Below are positions 30,141 to 40,646 of a DNA stretch of 64,000 nt, in pieces (the first letter of the stretch is position 1; every line of letters starts with the position of its first letter). The position numbers were made by a program, and so were the translations under genes. The stretch spans positions 1,088,001 to 1,152,000 of the forward strand of contig CBDFMQ010000002.1 of NCBI GenBank assembly GCA_965249725.1, written 5' to 3'. Under the pieces are notes generated by a model. It saw nothing but the letters and a program-made list of their open reading frames with translations. It was not told the origin of the DNA and made no database searches. This DNA is from Longimicrobiales bacterium. GTDB taxonomy: Bacteria > Gemmatimonadota > Gemmatimonadetes > Longimicrobiales > Gaopeijiaceae.

Positions 30141-32036
30141 TCAGCGCCCCAACGGGGCTGGAGGCGAGAAGCTGGGGCATCGGAAGCCCACGATTCGGTC
30201 TGGAGCGCCCTCGGGAATCGAATCCGTCTCGGGATCGGGCAGCGGTGGGAGCAGAATCGGCTCCGCTCGCGCCCGGTCCGGCATGACCTGGACTCGACGG
30301 TCCTGAAGGCAGATGACGAAGTGCTCTCGAACCACGCGGCCATCTTGGATGGAGAAGACGCCGGTGGCTCCGGCCAGCCCCGAGACGTTCTCGAGATTGT
30401 CCAGAAGCTGCGCGGGCGTGTTCGCCCCCATTCGGATCCCCTCCAGAAGCAGAGCCGCCGCATCGTACCCCAGCGCAGGAACCGCGCTGGGCAGGGTGCG
30501 TTGGTGGTACGCCTCGTAGGCGTCCACGAAGCGGCGGTAGCCTGCGGATTCACCATCGGGCGGCTGAGGAGACGCTGCCACGACGCCGTTGGTGTGCCTT
30601 GTGGCAACTCTGGCCAGCATTTCCTCGTCGGTCCACCCTGCAGTGCCGAGCACCCTGATCTCGAGCGAGTCCAGGCCGTAAAACGTCACCTGAGGCGCCA
30701 TGAGCTCGACGTCTCGCGATGGCAGAGGCAAGACCAAGGCGGCCGGACCCAGCGAATCCACCTCCTGAAGCTGCTCTCCGAAAAACGTGGCGCCGGCCGG
30801 ATAGGCGAACTCACGCAGGACCGAACCGCCCAGAGCCTCGAACGCTTCCACGAACGACCGCGCCTCGAACGTCGCGTCGCGGCTCTCCGGGTACATGACC
30901 ACTGCGGTCTGCAGATCACTATCCATCGCGTACCGAGCCAAGGCCAGTGAGGCCCCCGGGTCATTTCCCGCGAGAGAATAGACCCCCTGAGTGCCCTCCG
31001 GAACGATCGGAGCCGTAGGCGAGATCAAGGCCAGAGGTCCCTGCCGCTGGCGCGCGGTCTCGGCCAACGCCCCGTCTTGGAGCGGCCCGATGACGCCGAG
31101 GGCCGTCGCCGAGTCGAGGCCTGCGAGTAGCCGGGGCGCATTCCCCACCACGCCCGAGTTGTCCTGAATAACCAACTCGACGGCCAATCGATTGCCCTCG
31201 GCCTGGCCGAACTGCTCCAGGGCAATGCGAATGCCCTCCTGAATCAGTTCGGCGAACTCCCTGAGCCTCGGAGATCCGCTGGTCGGGAGTATCGCACCGA
31301 GGACCGGAGCGGTGAGGAATTCGCCCATGTCACCGCTGATGACTCCCTCTGCGATGCGCCGCGAACGACCCGTGGCACCCGCCTCCAGGGCCTGGCGTGC
31401 CGCAGTCTGGGCCTCCGCCGCCGAGCCGGCGGCATACCGCTTCAGCGCGAGTTCGGCCAAGACGGGCGACACGTGGGGTCCGCCGGACTGAGCGAGGATC
31501 GCGAGTTCCTGTTCCGAAGACTCCTCCATCCGCTCGGTAATACGTCTGCGGATGAGGTCGTCGTCTCCCACGCTCGGCGCGGCGAGCCAAGCCGCGAGAG
31601 CCTCGGTGGTTCGACCCTGCGCCTCGAGGGCGTCTCCCTCCAGGACGGCTACCGAGGTGCGGCGCGGATCGTCCGCAGCCAAGTACGTGCGGAAACGCCG
31701 CGCGGACGACAGAGCGTCCTCGGTCTGACCCCCGGCCTCCAGCGCCCGGGCGCGAATCCAGAGAGACGCCGAGCTGCCGCGGGCGGTCGCATAGGACGTT
31801 GAGATCTGAAGCGACAGCTCCGCCGCCCGGGCATGGTCACCTGCATCCAGGGCGGCCTGCGCCGCCACGAGAAGACGATTCGCCTCCGCCTGATCCCTCG
31901 AGTCGATCGATCCCGTCTCGAGTGGTGGATCGGTGGGGACCGACTCCGTATCGACCGCCGCTCCCACGGTTGAACACGCGAGGGCGAATATGCTGAGGCA
32001 AACAGAAAGCCCGGACACCAAAGGTGTCCGGCCCAA
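30141..32036 (-). CDS. Lipoprotein with TPR-like region and periplasmic-binding fold (LpoA/LppC-like)
   Basis: Lipobox FALA-C; GAILPTSG, IGPL, ALGYDAA, GATGVF; start uncertain (32036, 32078 or further upstream). Confidence 0.75.
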   Translation of the reverse strand: MGRTPLVSGLSVCLSIFALACSTVGAAVDTESVPTDPPLETGSIDSRDQAEANRLLVAAQAALDAGDHARAAELSLQISTSYATARGSSASLWIRARALEAGGQTEDALSSARRFRTYLAADDPRRTSVAVLEGDALEAQGRTTEALAAWLAAPSVGDDDLIRRRITERMEESSEQELAILAQSGGPHVSPVLAELALKRYAAGSAAEAQTAARQALEAGATGRSRRIAEGVISGDMGEFLTAPVLGAILPTSGSPRLREFAELIQEGIRIALEQFGQAEGNRLAVELVIQDNSGVVGNAPRLLAGLDSATALGVIGPLQDGALAETARQRQGPLALISPTAPIVPEGTQGVYSLAGNDPGASLALARYAMDSDLQTAVVMYPESRDATFEARSFVEAFEALGGSVLREFAYPAGATFFGEQLQEVDSLGPAALVLPLPSRDVELMAPQVTFYGLDSLEIRVLGTAGWTDEEMLARVATRHTNGVVAASPQPPDGESAGYRRFVDAYEAYHQRTLPSAVPALGYDAAALLLEGIRMGANTPAQLLDNLENVSGLAGATGVFSIQDGRVVREHFVICLQDRRVQVMPDRARAEPILLPPLPDPETDSIPEGAPDRIVGFRCPSFSPPAPLGR

Positions 32037-32050
32037 TATGGTGCTGAGGC

Positions 32051-32088
32051 AAACAGAAAGCCCGGACACCAAAGGCATCCGGGCTTTC
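32051..32088 (-). terminator. Rho-independent terminator after rpsA (second copy about 32000-32031)
   Basis: GAAAGCCCGGATGCC-TTT-GGTGTCCGGGCTTTC-TGTTT on the minus strand. Confidence 0.7.
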
Positions 32089-32118
32089 ACTTCGAGGCTA
32101 TCCATGGATGGCTCTGCC

Positions 32119-34422
32119 TCAATCCTCTTCTTTGGTCTCTTCCTCAGCCTCTTCAGCAGACGCTTCCTCCGCCTCTTCCGCGGAGGCTTCCTCCACCTCT
32201 TCCGCAGAGGCTGCCTCGGCCTCAACCACAGACGCTTCTACCTCGTCGGCGGAGTCACCCGAGTCGTCAGCTTCCGCGGTCGGCTCATCCTCGGCCTCAG
32301 CGGCCGGCTCTTCGGCAGACGCTTCCTCAGAGGCTTCTACCTCGTCGGCGCCCTCGGCAGCGGCTTCCTCTGGCTCTCCTTCAGCTTCGGTAGCGGCTTC
32401 CTCTGGCTCTCCTTCAGCCTCGGCGGCGGCCTCTTCAGGCTCGTCCGCGGCAGCTTCCGCACCAGCGCCTGCCTCCTCCTCGGTCTCTTCCGGCTCGGGC
32501 TCGGGCAGATCGATCCGCTCCGGCACCTCGCCGATTTCGAGCACGATGCGCCGATTGGCGGCATCGGACTCGATGACCTTAAGCTTGAGCGGCTCACCGG
32601 ACCTGAAGTACTCACCAAGCACCGCATTCTCATCCAATCCGGTGTGCGATGTCGGAGAGAAGCCTTCGATGTCGTCGCCCAGATCGACTACGACACCCTT
32701 CTCTTGCACCCGGGCCACAGTCCCCTCCGGCTCTACGCCGGCCGAGAAGCGCTCAGAGATCGCCGGCCACGGATCATCCTGGAGCTGCTTGATCCCAAGG
32801 GAAATCCGCTTCGCCTCGGCATCGACGTCGAGCACCAGCACCTTTACGTCGTCACCCTTCTGCACGATCTCGGAAGGGTGCTCGACCCGCTTGGTCCAAC
32901 TCATGTCGGAAACGTGCACCAGGCCGTCGATCCCCGGCTCGATCTCAACGAACGCACCGAAGCTGGTCAGGTTGCGTACCGTGCCGTCCAAATGCGTACC
33001 GGTCGGATACTTCACCGGGAGCGCCAACCACGGATCCTCCTCGATCTGCTTCATGCCGAGAGAGATCTTCTCGTCGTTGGGATCGACCTTCAGCACCACT
33101 GCTTCGATCTCGTCCCCGATGTTCACGAGCTTGGAGGGGTGCCGGATGTTGCGAGTCCACGACATCTCGGAGATGTGCACCAGACCCTCGACGCCCTTCT
33201 GAAGCTCGATGAAGGCACCGTAATTGGTGATCGACACGACCTTGCCCCGGACACGCGAACCGACCGGGTACTTCTTGTCGATATCGGTCCAGGGATACGG
33301 CAGAAGCTGCTTGAGGCCCAGCGAAATCCGCTCACGGTCCCAATCGATGTCCAAGACCTTCACGTCGATCTTGGCGGCGATGTCCACGACCTCGGTGGGG
33401 TGACCCACTCGGCCCCAGGACATGTCGGTGATGTGCAGCAGTCCGTCGAGTCCGCCGAGGTCGATGAACGCACCGAAGTCGGTGATGTTCTTGACCACAC
33501 CCTCACGGACCTGGCCGACCAACAGCTCCTTGACCAGGGTCTCGCGCTTCTTCTCACGCTCACCCTCGAGGATGACCCTGCGCGAGACGACGATGTTACG
33601 CCGGCGCTTGTTGAGCTTGATGATCTTGAACTCGAAGATCTGGCCCAGCAGGTCCTCGATGTTCGGCACCCTGCGAAGCGCAATCTGCGAACCCGGCAGG
33701 AACGCGTCGACGCCCATGATATCGACCGTGACTCCGCCCTTGATCTTCCGGGTGAGCATGCCTTCCACCGGCTCGTCCGCCTCGTGCGCCTCGCGAATCT
33801 TCTCCCAGACCCTGAGGAAATCGGCCTTCTTCTTGGAGAGAACGACGATCCCGTCATCGTCCTCGAGGCTCTCGAGAAGGACTTCGACTTCCTGTCCGGC
33901 CTCGATCGTGTCGCGGTCCTTGAACTCGTCGAGGGCGACAGACCCCTCACTCTTGAAGCCGAATTCCAGGATGACCATGGTGTCGGTCACGCGGAGGACC
34001 TTCGCCTTGACGATTTCCCCTTCGCGGAAGTCGCCCATCGTGATGGCGTGCTCGGAGAGCAGTGCCTCGAAGTCGGCGGAAGAGATGTCCAGTTCCTCTT
34101 CGCCGTACGGGTCCGCATGGAGTTCCGGAGAGATGCCATCGGCGCCGAGAAGCATCGCCCCTGCGGCAGGGCCGTTCACCTCGGACGTCGGTGCGTCGGC
34201 TACGGCCTCGGCGGCTTCCGCTTTGTCGGCTTCGTCGCTCGATGCGTCGGGGGCCGCTTCTTCAGCGTTGGCCTCCGCCGCCCCATCGGACGCTACCCCA
34301 TCGGACGCTACTCCATCAGAGGCTTCTGCGTCCGAGGCTTCGGTGGTTGAAGCCTCTGTGGCTGCTTCGAGGAGTTCTTCGGAGGAGGGATCTTCGGGGT
34401 GCTGGGTTTCTTGGTCAGTCAT
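32119..34422 (-). CDS. rpsA: 30S ribosomal protein S1 with long acidic N- and C-terminal extensions
   Basis: Six S1 repeats (AFLPGSQI, VKNITDFGAFIDLGG.DGLLHITD, EGLVHISEMSW, DGLVHVSDMSW). Confidence 0.97.
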   Translation of the reverse strand: MTDQETQHPEDPSSEELLEAATEASTTEASDAEASDGVASDGVASDGAAEANAEEAAPDASSDEADKAEAAEAVADAPTSEVNGPAAGAMLLGADGISPELHADPYGEEELDISSADFEALLSEHAITMGDFREGEIVKAKVLRVTDTMVILEFGFKSEGSVALDEFKDRDTIEAGQEVEVLLESLEDDDGIVVLSKKKADFLRVWEKIREAHEADEPVEGMLTRKIKGGVTVDIMGVDAFLPGSQIALRRVPNIEDLLGQIFEFKIIKLNKRRRNIVVSRRVILEGEREKKRETLVKELLVGQVREGVVKNITDFGAFIDLGGLDGLLHITDMSWGRVGHPTEVVDIAAKIDVKVLDIDWDRERISLGLKQLLPYPWTDIDKKYPVGSRVRGKVVSITNYGAFIELQKGVEGLVHISEMSWTRNIRHPSKLVNIGDEIEAVVLKVDPNDEKISLGMKQIEEDPWLALPVKYPTGTHLDGTVRNLTSFGAFVEIEPGIDGLVHVSDMSWTKRVEHPSEIVQKGDDVKVLVLDVDAEAKRISLGIKQLQDDPWPAISERFSAGVEPEGTVARVQEKGVVVDLGDDIEGFSPTSHTGLDENAVLGEYFRSGEPLKLKVIESDAANRRIVLEIGEVPERIDLPEPEPEETEEEAGAGAEAAADEPEEAAAEAEGEPEEAATEAEGEPEEAAAEGADEVEASEEASAEEPAAEAEDEPTAEADDSGDSADEVEASVVEAEAASAEEVEEASAEEAEEASAEEAEEETKEED

Positions 34423-34546
34423 GGTTGCCTCACCGACTCGGGGAGCCGATGCCAAATCTCACCGGGCTCAACTGCAGCGCCACGGCCCGGGTTGAGGTGG
34501 TTGAAAAAGGGACGGAAGGCCCCGGCGCTTGGGGCCTAGCAAGGTG

Positions 34547-34575
34547 AAGCTACCGGGGCCTCATAGGGCAGTCAA
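34547..34575 (-). promoter_or_regulatory. Putative rpsA promoter TTGACT-17-TAGCTT overlapping the cmk 3' end
   Basis: Hexamers at 34570-34575 and 34547-34552. Confidence 0.55.
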
Positions 34576-35262
34576 GTCCTTAACCCGCTTCAAGATGAGT
34601 CCCACTTGCTCCTCGAAAGACAGGGTCGTTGTGTCGACGTCGAAAGCGTCTTGCGGACGGCGTAGAGGAGAGAGCTCGCGGTCGCTATCCGTCCGATCTC
34701 GCTGCTCGATTCTACCGGCCTCGGCAGTGATTTCTTCGGCGCTCGGGGCTCCCCCGACATCCTGCAGCAGTCTACGACGGGCCCTTGCCTCGAGTCCGGC
34801 TACAAGAAAGACCTTCAGATCCGCCTCCGGGAAGACGACGGTGCCCATGTCACGGCCGTCAGCGACGAGGTTGCCATATTCGCCGAGGCTACGCTGAGTG
34901 CCCAGCAACCACTGACGCACGGTCGGAAGACGGGCCACGTAGGATACGTGTGCGGTAACCTCCGGCGTGCGCAGTTCTGAAGTGAGTACGTGTTCTCCCC
35001 GATAGATGTCGACGCTGGCGTCACAGGGCTCAGCTCGCACACCGAGGGCGTCTAGCTCTCCGGAGGTCAGCTCAGTCCATTCCTCCTGCGGAATCCCGGC
35101 CGCGAGGAGCGCGAACGTCAGCGCCCTGTAGAGCCCGCCGGAGTCCAGGTGCCGGAAACCGAGTCGCCGGGCCAGCTCCTTCGCGGTGCTCGTCTTGCCC
35201 GATCCAGCCGGGCCGTCGAGCGTGATCACGGGACCCGGGCCACCTGTCGAGGGCTGACTCAT
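34561..35262 (-). CDS. cmk: Cytidylate kinase
   Basis: DGPAGSGK, DSGGLYRA, DGRDMGTVVFP, RDRTD..R..SPL. Confidence 0.96.
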   Translation of the reverse strand: MSQPSTGGPGPVITLDGPAGSGKTSTAKELARRLGFRHLDSGGLYRALTFALLAAGIPQEEWTELTSGELDALGVRAEPCDASVDIYRGEHVLTSELRTPEVTAHVSYVARLPTVRQWLLGTQRSLGEYGNLVADGRDMGTVVFPEADLKVFLVAGLEARARRRLLQDVGGAPSAEEITAEAGRIEQRDRTDSDRELSPLRRPQDAFDVDTTTLSFEEQVGLILKRVKDLTAL

Positions 35263-36572
35263 CGGCTTCTCTCGGGAGAGGAGAGGTCGTTCAACATCTC
35301 CCAGAAGCCAGGAAAGCTGACGTCGACCACCGATTTTCCTTCCACTTCAATGCGATTCCCGGGAAGGGCTCCCAAGACACCAAAAGCCATGGCTATGCGG
35401 TGATCGTGATGGCTCGAAACCGACCCCACCAAGGGTCGGTCAGTACCAGAGACTTCCAGACCGTCCTCGAGTTCGGAGACCTCTACCCCCACGGCTCTGA
35501 GATTGTCTACCAGCGCTCGGATGCGATCGGACTCCTTCACCCTTAGTTCCGAAGCTCCCGTGATCCGGGTGACCCCGGACGCACGGGCGGCGGCGACCGC
35601 GAGAATCGGGAACTCATCGATCATAGAAGGCACTTCCGCCTCCGTCACCTCAACGCCCCGCAGGTCCGAGGCCGTCACCCTAAGTTCTCCCGCCGGCTCT
35701 CCAGAGCCATTCGACGCGGCAGCTGTGCCGGCTTCGGACGGCGTAATCTCTACCTCGCCACCCATCCGGGAAAGCACGGAAAGAAGGCCCGTTCGGGTCG
35801 GATTCAGTCCCACATGCTCGAGCTGCAGTCCACCCTCCACCCCACCGAGAAGGGCCAGGGCCACGAAGAACGCCGCCGACGAGAAGTCACCCGGCACCAC
35901 GAGGTCCAGCGGCGCGATTGTGGCGGGGGGATCGCGGAAGTCCACGTGCCAACGACCCCCATTGTCATGGGAGATGACCGGAGCCCCGACCATGCCCAAC
36001 ATCCGCTCGGTGTGATCCCGCGAGCGGCGCGGCTCGGAGACGAGGACGAACGTCTCTCCCACGAGGCCGGCGAGGAGCAACGCGCTCTTCACCTGTGCGC
36101 TGGCCACTGGCGAGTCGTAGTCCAGGGCCTTGAGTCCGGAACCGACCACCTTGAGCGGGAGCCGATCCGGCTCTCCCAGCTCCCGAAATGTCGCTCCCAT
36201 TAGAGAAAGCGGGCGGGTCACGCGGCCCATCGGACGGCTCCGGAGCGACGCATCGCCGGTCGCCTGACTGGTGAAACCCTGCCCGGCGAGCACGCCCAAC
36301 ATGAGGCGCACTCCGGTGCCGCTGTTTTCGAAGTTCAGCACCCCTGACGGCTCCCGGAAGCCGTGAAGCCCCAGTCCAGTGATCAGGATCTCGCCTCCGT
36401 CCTCCGGAAGCTCGGGAAGATCCGAGCCGAGCGCCCTCAGGACCGACGCGGTGGCCTGTGGATCGGCTCCCGGCAGGACTCCGCCCAACCGGCTCTCTCC
36501 GGTAGCCAACGATGCCAGAATCAAGGCCCGCTGGGAGATCGACTTATCACCGGGAACCCGGAGGGTCCTCAC
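35259..36572 (-). CDS. aroA: EPSP synthase
   Basis: PGDKSISQR, NSGTGVRL, ASAQVKSA, RDHTERM, DEFP, ELRVKESDR, DHRIAM. Confidence 0.97.
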   Translation of the reverse strand: MRTLRVPGDKSISQRALILASLATGESRLGGVLPGADPQATASVLRALGSDLPELPEDGGEILITGLGLHGFREPSGVLNFENSGTGVRLMLGVLAGQGFTSQATGDASLRSRPMGRVTRPLSLMGATFRELGEPDRLPLKVVGSGLKALDYDSPVASAQVKSALLLAGLVGETFVLVSEPRRSRDHTERMLGMVGAPVISHDNGGRWHVDFRDPPATIAPLDLVVPGDFSSAAFFVALALLGGVEGGLQLEHVGLNPTRTGLLSVLSRMGGEVEITPSEAGTAAASNGSGEPAGELRVTASDLRGVEVTEAEVPSMIDEFPILAVAAARASGVTRITGASELRVKESDRIRALVDNLRAVGVEVSELEDGLEVSGTDRPLVGSVSSHHDHRIAMAFGVLGALPGNRIEVEGKSVVDVSFPGFWEMLNDLSSPERSR

Positions 36573-37414
36573 TCGCCCTGCCTCCAGGTGCGCGCTTGGT
36601 CCATCATCCCGCCGACCGCATCGACGTCTCTCTCCCGAAGCGCGTCACGCAGGACCGACAGCGCCTGCTCCACGGTCTCCAGGGCCATCCCATCCCGGTC
36701 GCTCGAAACCTCCAAAAGATCACGCCACATAGCCGACGAGCTCAGGGCCAGACGGGTCATATCCAACCCGCCCGGGCCCAGATGGGCCACCTCGATCCCC
36801 TGCTCCGCCAGCACCTTGGCCAGCGCCGTCGCCACTAGTTGAGGCACGTGGCTCGCCCAAGCGATGAGCTTGTCGTGCGCATCCGCCTCGATCCTTTGGG
36901 TCCGAGCACCAAGGGATTGCCAGAGGCCCTCGACCCTATCGACTCGTCGCTCCTCGGCATTACCGGTTACGACCCATACCGTCCCGTCGACGAACAGGTC
37001 TCCTACAGAGGCGCCGAAACCGGAGCCGGTGCCCCCCACCATGGGGTGAGTGCCCACGTATGCATGTGAGAACCCTCCCTCCCTCGCCTGATCCAGGAGC
37101 GGCTCCTTGAGCCCCGCGACGTCGGTAACGGAGGCGTCACCCCACGATCCCGCGTGCTCCGCCATGAGTTCAAGCGTGGCACGTAGGGGCGCAGCGTAGA
37201 TCACGACATCCTGGTCACGAACGGCGTCGATCGAGTCCCTCGCCACCACGTCGACCACACCGGCCTCGACGGCAGCACGGGAGTCCTTCGAGTCCTCGGT
37301 GAACCCTGTGATCAGCGTCGCGGGATCGACCCTCTTGAGTGACCGTGCAATCGACCCTCCCATGAGGCCCAGGCCCACGATGCCAACGCGCTGTCGCGAG
37401 TCAGCAGAATTCAT
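36569..37414 (-). CDS. tyrA: Prephenate/arogenate dehydrogenase
   Basis: [22 protein letters not shown]...A..SHVP, DMTRLA. Confidence 0.9.
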   Translation of the reverse strand: MNSADSRQRVGIVGLGLMGGSIARSLKRVDPATLITGFTEDSKDSRAAVEAGVVDVVARDSIDAVRDQDVVIYAAPLRATLELMAEHAGSWGDASVTDVAGLKEPLLDQAREGGFSHAYVGTHPMVGGTGSGFGASVGDLFVDGTVWVVTGNAEERRVDRVEGLWQSLGARTQRIEADAHDKLIAWASHVPQLVATALAKVLAEQGIEVAHLGPGGLDMTRLALSSSAMWRDLLEVSSDRDGMALETVEQALSVLRDALRERDVDAVGGMMDQARTWRQGE

Positions 37415-38406
37415 GGCAGATTCTCGCCCTCGGCTATGGTCTCGCCGGCTCCCCGGGCTTCGCCATCCACGCCCTCCACATCGTCGTCGCTATCGTCGTC
37501 GTTGTGCGGAAGCTCCACCACTGTACCGTCCCGGGCGACCACGGCCCCCGGGTACACCTCTCGCGCCTCCTGCTCCAACGGAGTCGAATCGTCCGCGTAG
37601 CGCGCCGAAACGTGTGTGAGGCAAAGCCTGGCGACGCCAGCCTCCCGCGCCACAGTCGCGGCGCCTCGCGCCGTGCTGTGGTGGGTCTGGTGGGCCCGGT
37701 CTGCTTCCTCCTCTCCGAACGTCGCCTCGTGGATGAGAAGGGTCGCACCGGTGGCCACCTCGATGACGCTATCCGCGGGACGCGTGTCTCCTGTGTACAC
37801 GACGACTCGACCGGGACGAGAGGTGCCGACCAGGTCGGCGGGCTCGATCGTCCGGCCGTCCACCTCCACGGCCTCACCTTGATGCAGCTTGCCGAACAGC
37901 GGGCCCTCCGGTATGCCCAAGGCGCGGGCCCGGTCCACGTCGAAGCGGCCCAACCGCTCATGTTCGACGAGGGCGTACCCCAGCGCCGGCTTACCGTGGT
38001 CCACACGGAACGCCACCACGTCGTACTCGTCGTGACTGACTCGCCCGCCTACCTCGAGCTCCTCGATGGCGAGCGGAAACACGACCCGATCCACGCCCAG
38101 CCCAACGGCCTTCTGTAGTGTGGTACGTGAGCCGGGAGGCCCGTAGACGTGAAGAGGCTCAGTCCGTCCTTGGAGCGCCATGGTGCGTAGGAGACCCGTG
38201 AGTCCCAAGAAATGATCGGCGTGAAGATGAGTGATAAAGATCTCGCCCAGGGAAAACCCCGTGGCGTATCGCATCATCTGACGCTGGGTTCCCTCGCCGC
38301 AGTCGAACAGGAAGACATCTCCCTCTCGCTGGACGGCGATGGAACTCACATTGCGGCGAACCGTCGGACGGGATGCCGCGGTGCCCAGAAATGTGACTCG
38401 GATCAT
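37411..38406 (-). CDS. rnz: Ribonuclease Z
   Basis: [40 protein letters not shown]. Confidence 0.96.
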   Translation of the reverse strand: MIRVTFLGTAASRPTVRRNVSSIAVQREGDVFLFDCGEGTQRQMMRYATGFSLGEIFITHLHADHFLGLTGLLRTMALQGRTEPLHVYGPPGSRTTLQKAVGLGVDRVVFPLAIEELEVGGRVSHDEYDVVAFRVDHGKPALGYALVEHERLGRFDVDRARALGIPEGPLFGKLHQGEAVEVDGRTIEPADLVGTSRPGRVVVYTGDTRPADSVIEVATGATLLIHEATFGEEEADRAHQTHHSTARGAATVAREAGVARLCLTHVSARYADDSTPLEQEAREVYPGAVVARDGTVVELPHNDDDSDDDVEGVDGEARGAGETIAEGENLP

Positions 38407-38471
38407 CTCTACCCAACCACGGACGGAAGGACGGTGGAGGTCGCAGAGAAGGTAGCGCCCGGTAGGGCGCC

Positions 38472-40565
38472 TCAGAAGAGTCGGACCTGGAAGCGGAGGG
38501 TGCGTCCCGGTAGTGGCAGTCCGCACTGATCGAAGATGGCCCGGTCGGTGGCGTTGGCCAGGGAGACCGACGCGTCCACGTTGGAGAAGGTGCGACGGTC
38601 TTCCAGCCGAAAGAGACGCCTGGCCTGGAAGTCCAGGCTATGTGCCGTGTCGAGGCGGTCCAAATCGCCACTATCGGTATTGAGACAGAACTGCGACCCC
38701 AGGAATCGGTACTCGCCCGAGACGGTCGCCCCGGCGACGACGGGAACGGCGAGACTCAACCGTGCAGCGAGGTTGGGCTCATACTCGGGTCGCGTCCGTT
38801 CGTCGCTGCCCTCCTCGAACTGCCAGGCCTGCTGGAACGTTACGTCCCCGGCGTATTCGAGGCGGTGCAGCGCGCCGGTCGCCACGATCTCCAAACCGGT
38901 ACTCCGAATGCGGTCGCGGTTCACCCGCTGGCGCCGCGGTCCGTTGGGCGTATCGATGGCGATTCGAACGATGCCGTCTGAGAGGATTTGATGGAACCCT
39001 ACGATTTGTAGATCGAAAACGGGAAGATCCCAAGTGAGTCCCATCTCCCCACCGGTGAGGATCTCTGGCCTCAGCTCCGGGTTCGCCAGGAATCGGCCGA
39101 GGGCGTCGGAGTACAACTCCCGGAGCGAAGGAAAGCGCGCCCTGCGGCTGACGCCCCCGTGCAGGAGCACCGTGCTGTTGGCGGTGAGCGACGAGAATCC
39201 CACTCGGGCACCCCAATCCCACAACCGATCCAGCGGAGGCTTGTCTGCCGACTCGGGAGTGTCAGCCCCGTCGATCGCAAAGCCCACATTGAGTCGCGTG
39301 GCCCCCAGGCTCTCCCACCCCGGCAGATCATCGCCTCTCCATTCCGCCTCGGTTCCCAAGCTCCAAAGGCGTTGCCGGAAGTCCTTCTGCGCCTCACCGC
39401 TCAACCGTTCCGAATGAGAGACGTCTCCGTAGGTGAACGCAGCTCGCACGTCGGCTCGGTGACTGACGGAGTGATCACCCAGAACCCGTAGCGTGAGCGT
39501 ACGATCGTCGCCCTCCTCCACATCGGTCACGGTCTCGTAGGCCGGGGTGTTGAATTGCTCGATCCGGAACGACCCGACATCGATTCCGAGGCTCGCTTCC
39601 AGATCGCCTTCACCCCAACCGGTCTCGCGATGTCCTGTCCCGCCGGAGAACGCCGCCACGAGCCTGGATTGGTCCGGATACCGCCAGAGGCGCGGATCGG
39701 CCTCATGCGTCTCGGGCGGGACTCCTCTCTCCACGTCGAAGCCGGAAGCCATCATCGAGGTCCAGGCCCCGTTGAGTCCCTGATACCGAGCTGAGACGAA
39801 GCCGTCTACGTGCCTGAAATCGCTGTTGAGGCGCAGGTCGCCGTCCCGGCTGAGCAGGGCTCGCTCCTCGGGCGCGAAGGACTCGGCGTTCGGGAGCGTC
39901 GTGCCGGACCGGTCTCTGTATCCCGTTCCTGCCTGGAGGAGCCACTGTCCGCCATCGGAATCCACCAAACGGGCCCCGGTCGCTCCAACCGTGAGTCCCC
40001 CGGTCTGATCCATCCCCAAGCTGAAGGTCGCCGGGGAGGAACGCTCCATGCGTTGGTTGCCCCTCGCCACGTCCACCTCGACGACGCCTGCAAGAACGTT
40101 CGGCCCGTGCAGGACCGAGGAAAGTCCCCTGAGAAGGTTGATGGAACGAGCCGCCGTCAGCGGAATGATGGAGAGGTCCGTGCGGTGATCCCAGCCCAGC
40201 GTGAGCGGCACTCCGTCCACCAGAACCGCGACCTGCCGGTCTGTGGCGCCACGCAGGCTCGGTTGCGCCTCACCTCTGGAGTTCTCACGGATCCGTACGA
40301 ACGGCATCTCGCGAAGGGCCTGCTCCAGCGTAGGAATCGGCAAAGAGGCCATGGAGTCGAGCCGCATCTCGACGGCGCTCACGCCTCCCGTGGCCGTGAG
40401 CCTCTGTCTGGCCAGGACCCTGATCTCCGTCATCAAGAAGCTGTCCGGAAACGCCCCTAGGGTGTCCGACTGAATCGAATCGGGTTCCTGGGCGACGGAA
40501 AGGCCGGGAAGCGCGAGAATCGCCACGACTAACCCTGAAGGGGTCAGGAGGGTTGGTCTACCCAT
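38472..40565 (-). CDS. TonB-dependent outer-membrane receptor
   Basis: Signal peptide; plug motifs LRG...VLVDGVP and [22 protein letters not shown]; ends [12 protein letters not shown]. Confidence 0.9.
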   Translation of the reverse strand: MGRPTLLTPSGLVVAILALPGLSVAQEPDSIQSDTLGAFPDSFLMTEIRVLARQRLTATGGVSAVEMRLDSMASLPIPTLEQALREMPFVRIRENSRGEAQPSLRGATDRQVAVLVDGVPLTLGWDHRTDLSIIPLTAARSINLLRGLSSVLHGPNVLAGVVEVDVARGNQRMERSSPATFSLGMDQTGGLTVGATGARLVDSDGGQWLLQAGTGYRDRSGTTLPNAESFAPEERALLSRDGDLRLNSDFRHVDGFVSARYQGLNGAWTSMMASGFDVERGVPPETHEADPRLWRYPDQSRLVAAFSGGTGHRETGWGEGDLEASLGIDVGSFRIEQFNTPAYETVTDVEEGDDRTLTLRVLGDHSVSHRADVRAAFTYGDVSHSERLSGEAQKDFRQRLWSLGTEAEWRGDDLPGWESLGATRLNVGFAIDGADTPESADKPPLDRLWDWGARVGFSSLTANSTVLLHGGVSRRARFPSLRELYSDALGRFLANPELRPEILTGGEMGLTWDLPVFDLQIVGFHQILSDGIVRIAIDTPNGPRRQRVNRDRIRSTGLEIVATGALHRLEYAGDVTFQQAWQFEEGSDERTRPEYEPNLAARLSLAVPVVAGATVSGEYRFLGSQFCLNTDSGDLDRLDTAHSLDFQARRLFRLEDRRTFSNVDASVSLANATDRAIFDQCGLPLPGRTLRFQVRLF

Positions 40566-40594
40566 TTTGCGTGGAGATGATGGCCTTCCTCGGG

Positions 40595-40646
40595 GTCGAT
40601 GCTTCACGGCGACGCTTCACGTCGATGCTCCACGTCGACGCTCCAC
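40595..40646. repeat. 4 x 13-bp tandem repeat G[T/G]CGA[T/C]GCT[T/C]CAC upstream of the TonB receptor
   Basis: Units at 40595, 40608, 40621 and 40634. Confidence 0.9.

Noticed and set aside
31933..34350. 805-aa plus-strand ORF
   Set aside because: Antisense shadow of rpsA caused by GC-rich codon bias; no recognisable motifs. The same applies to the many other overlapping ORFs in the track.
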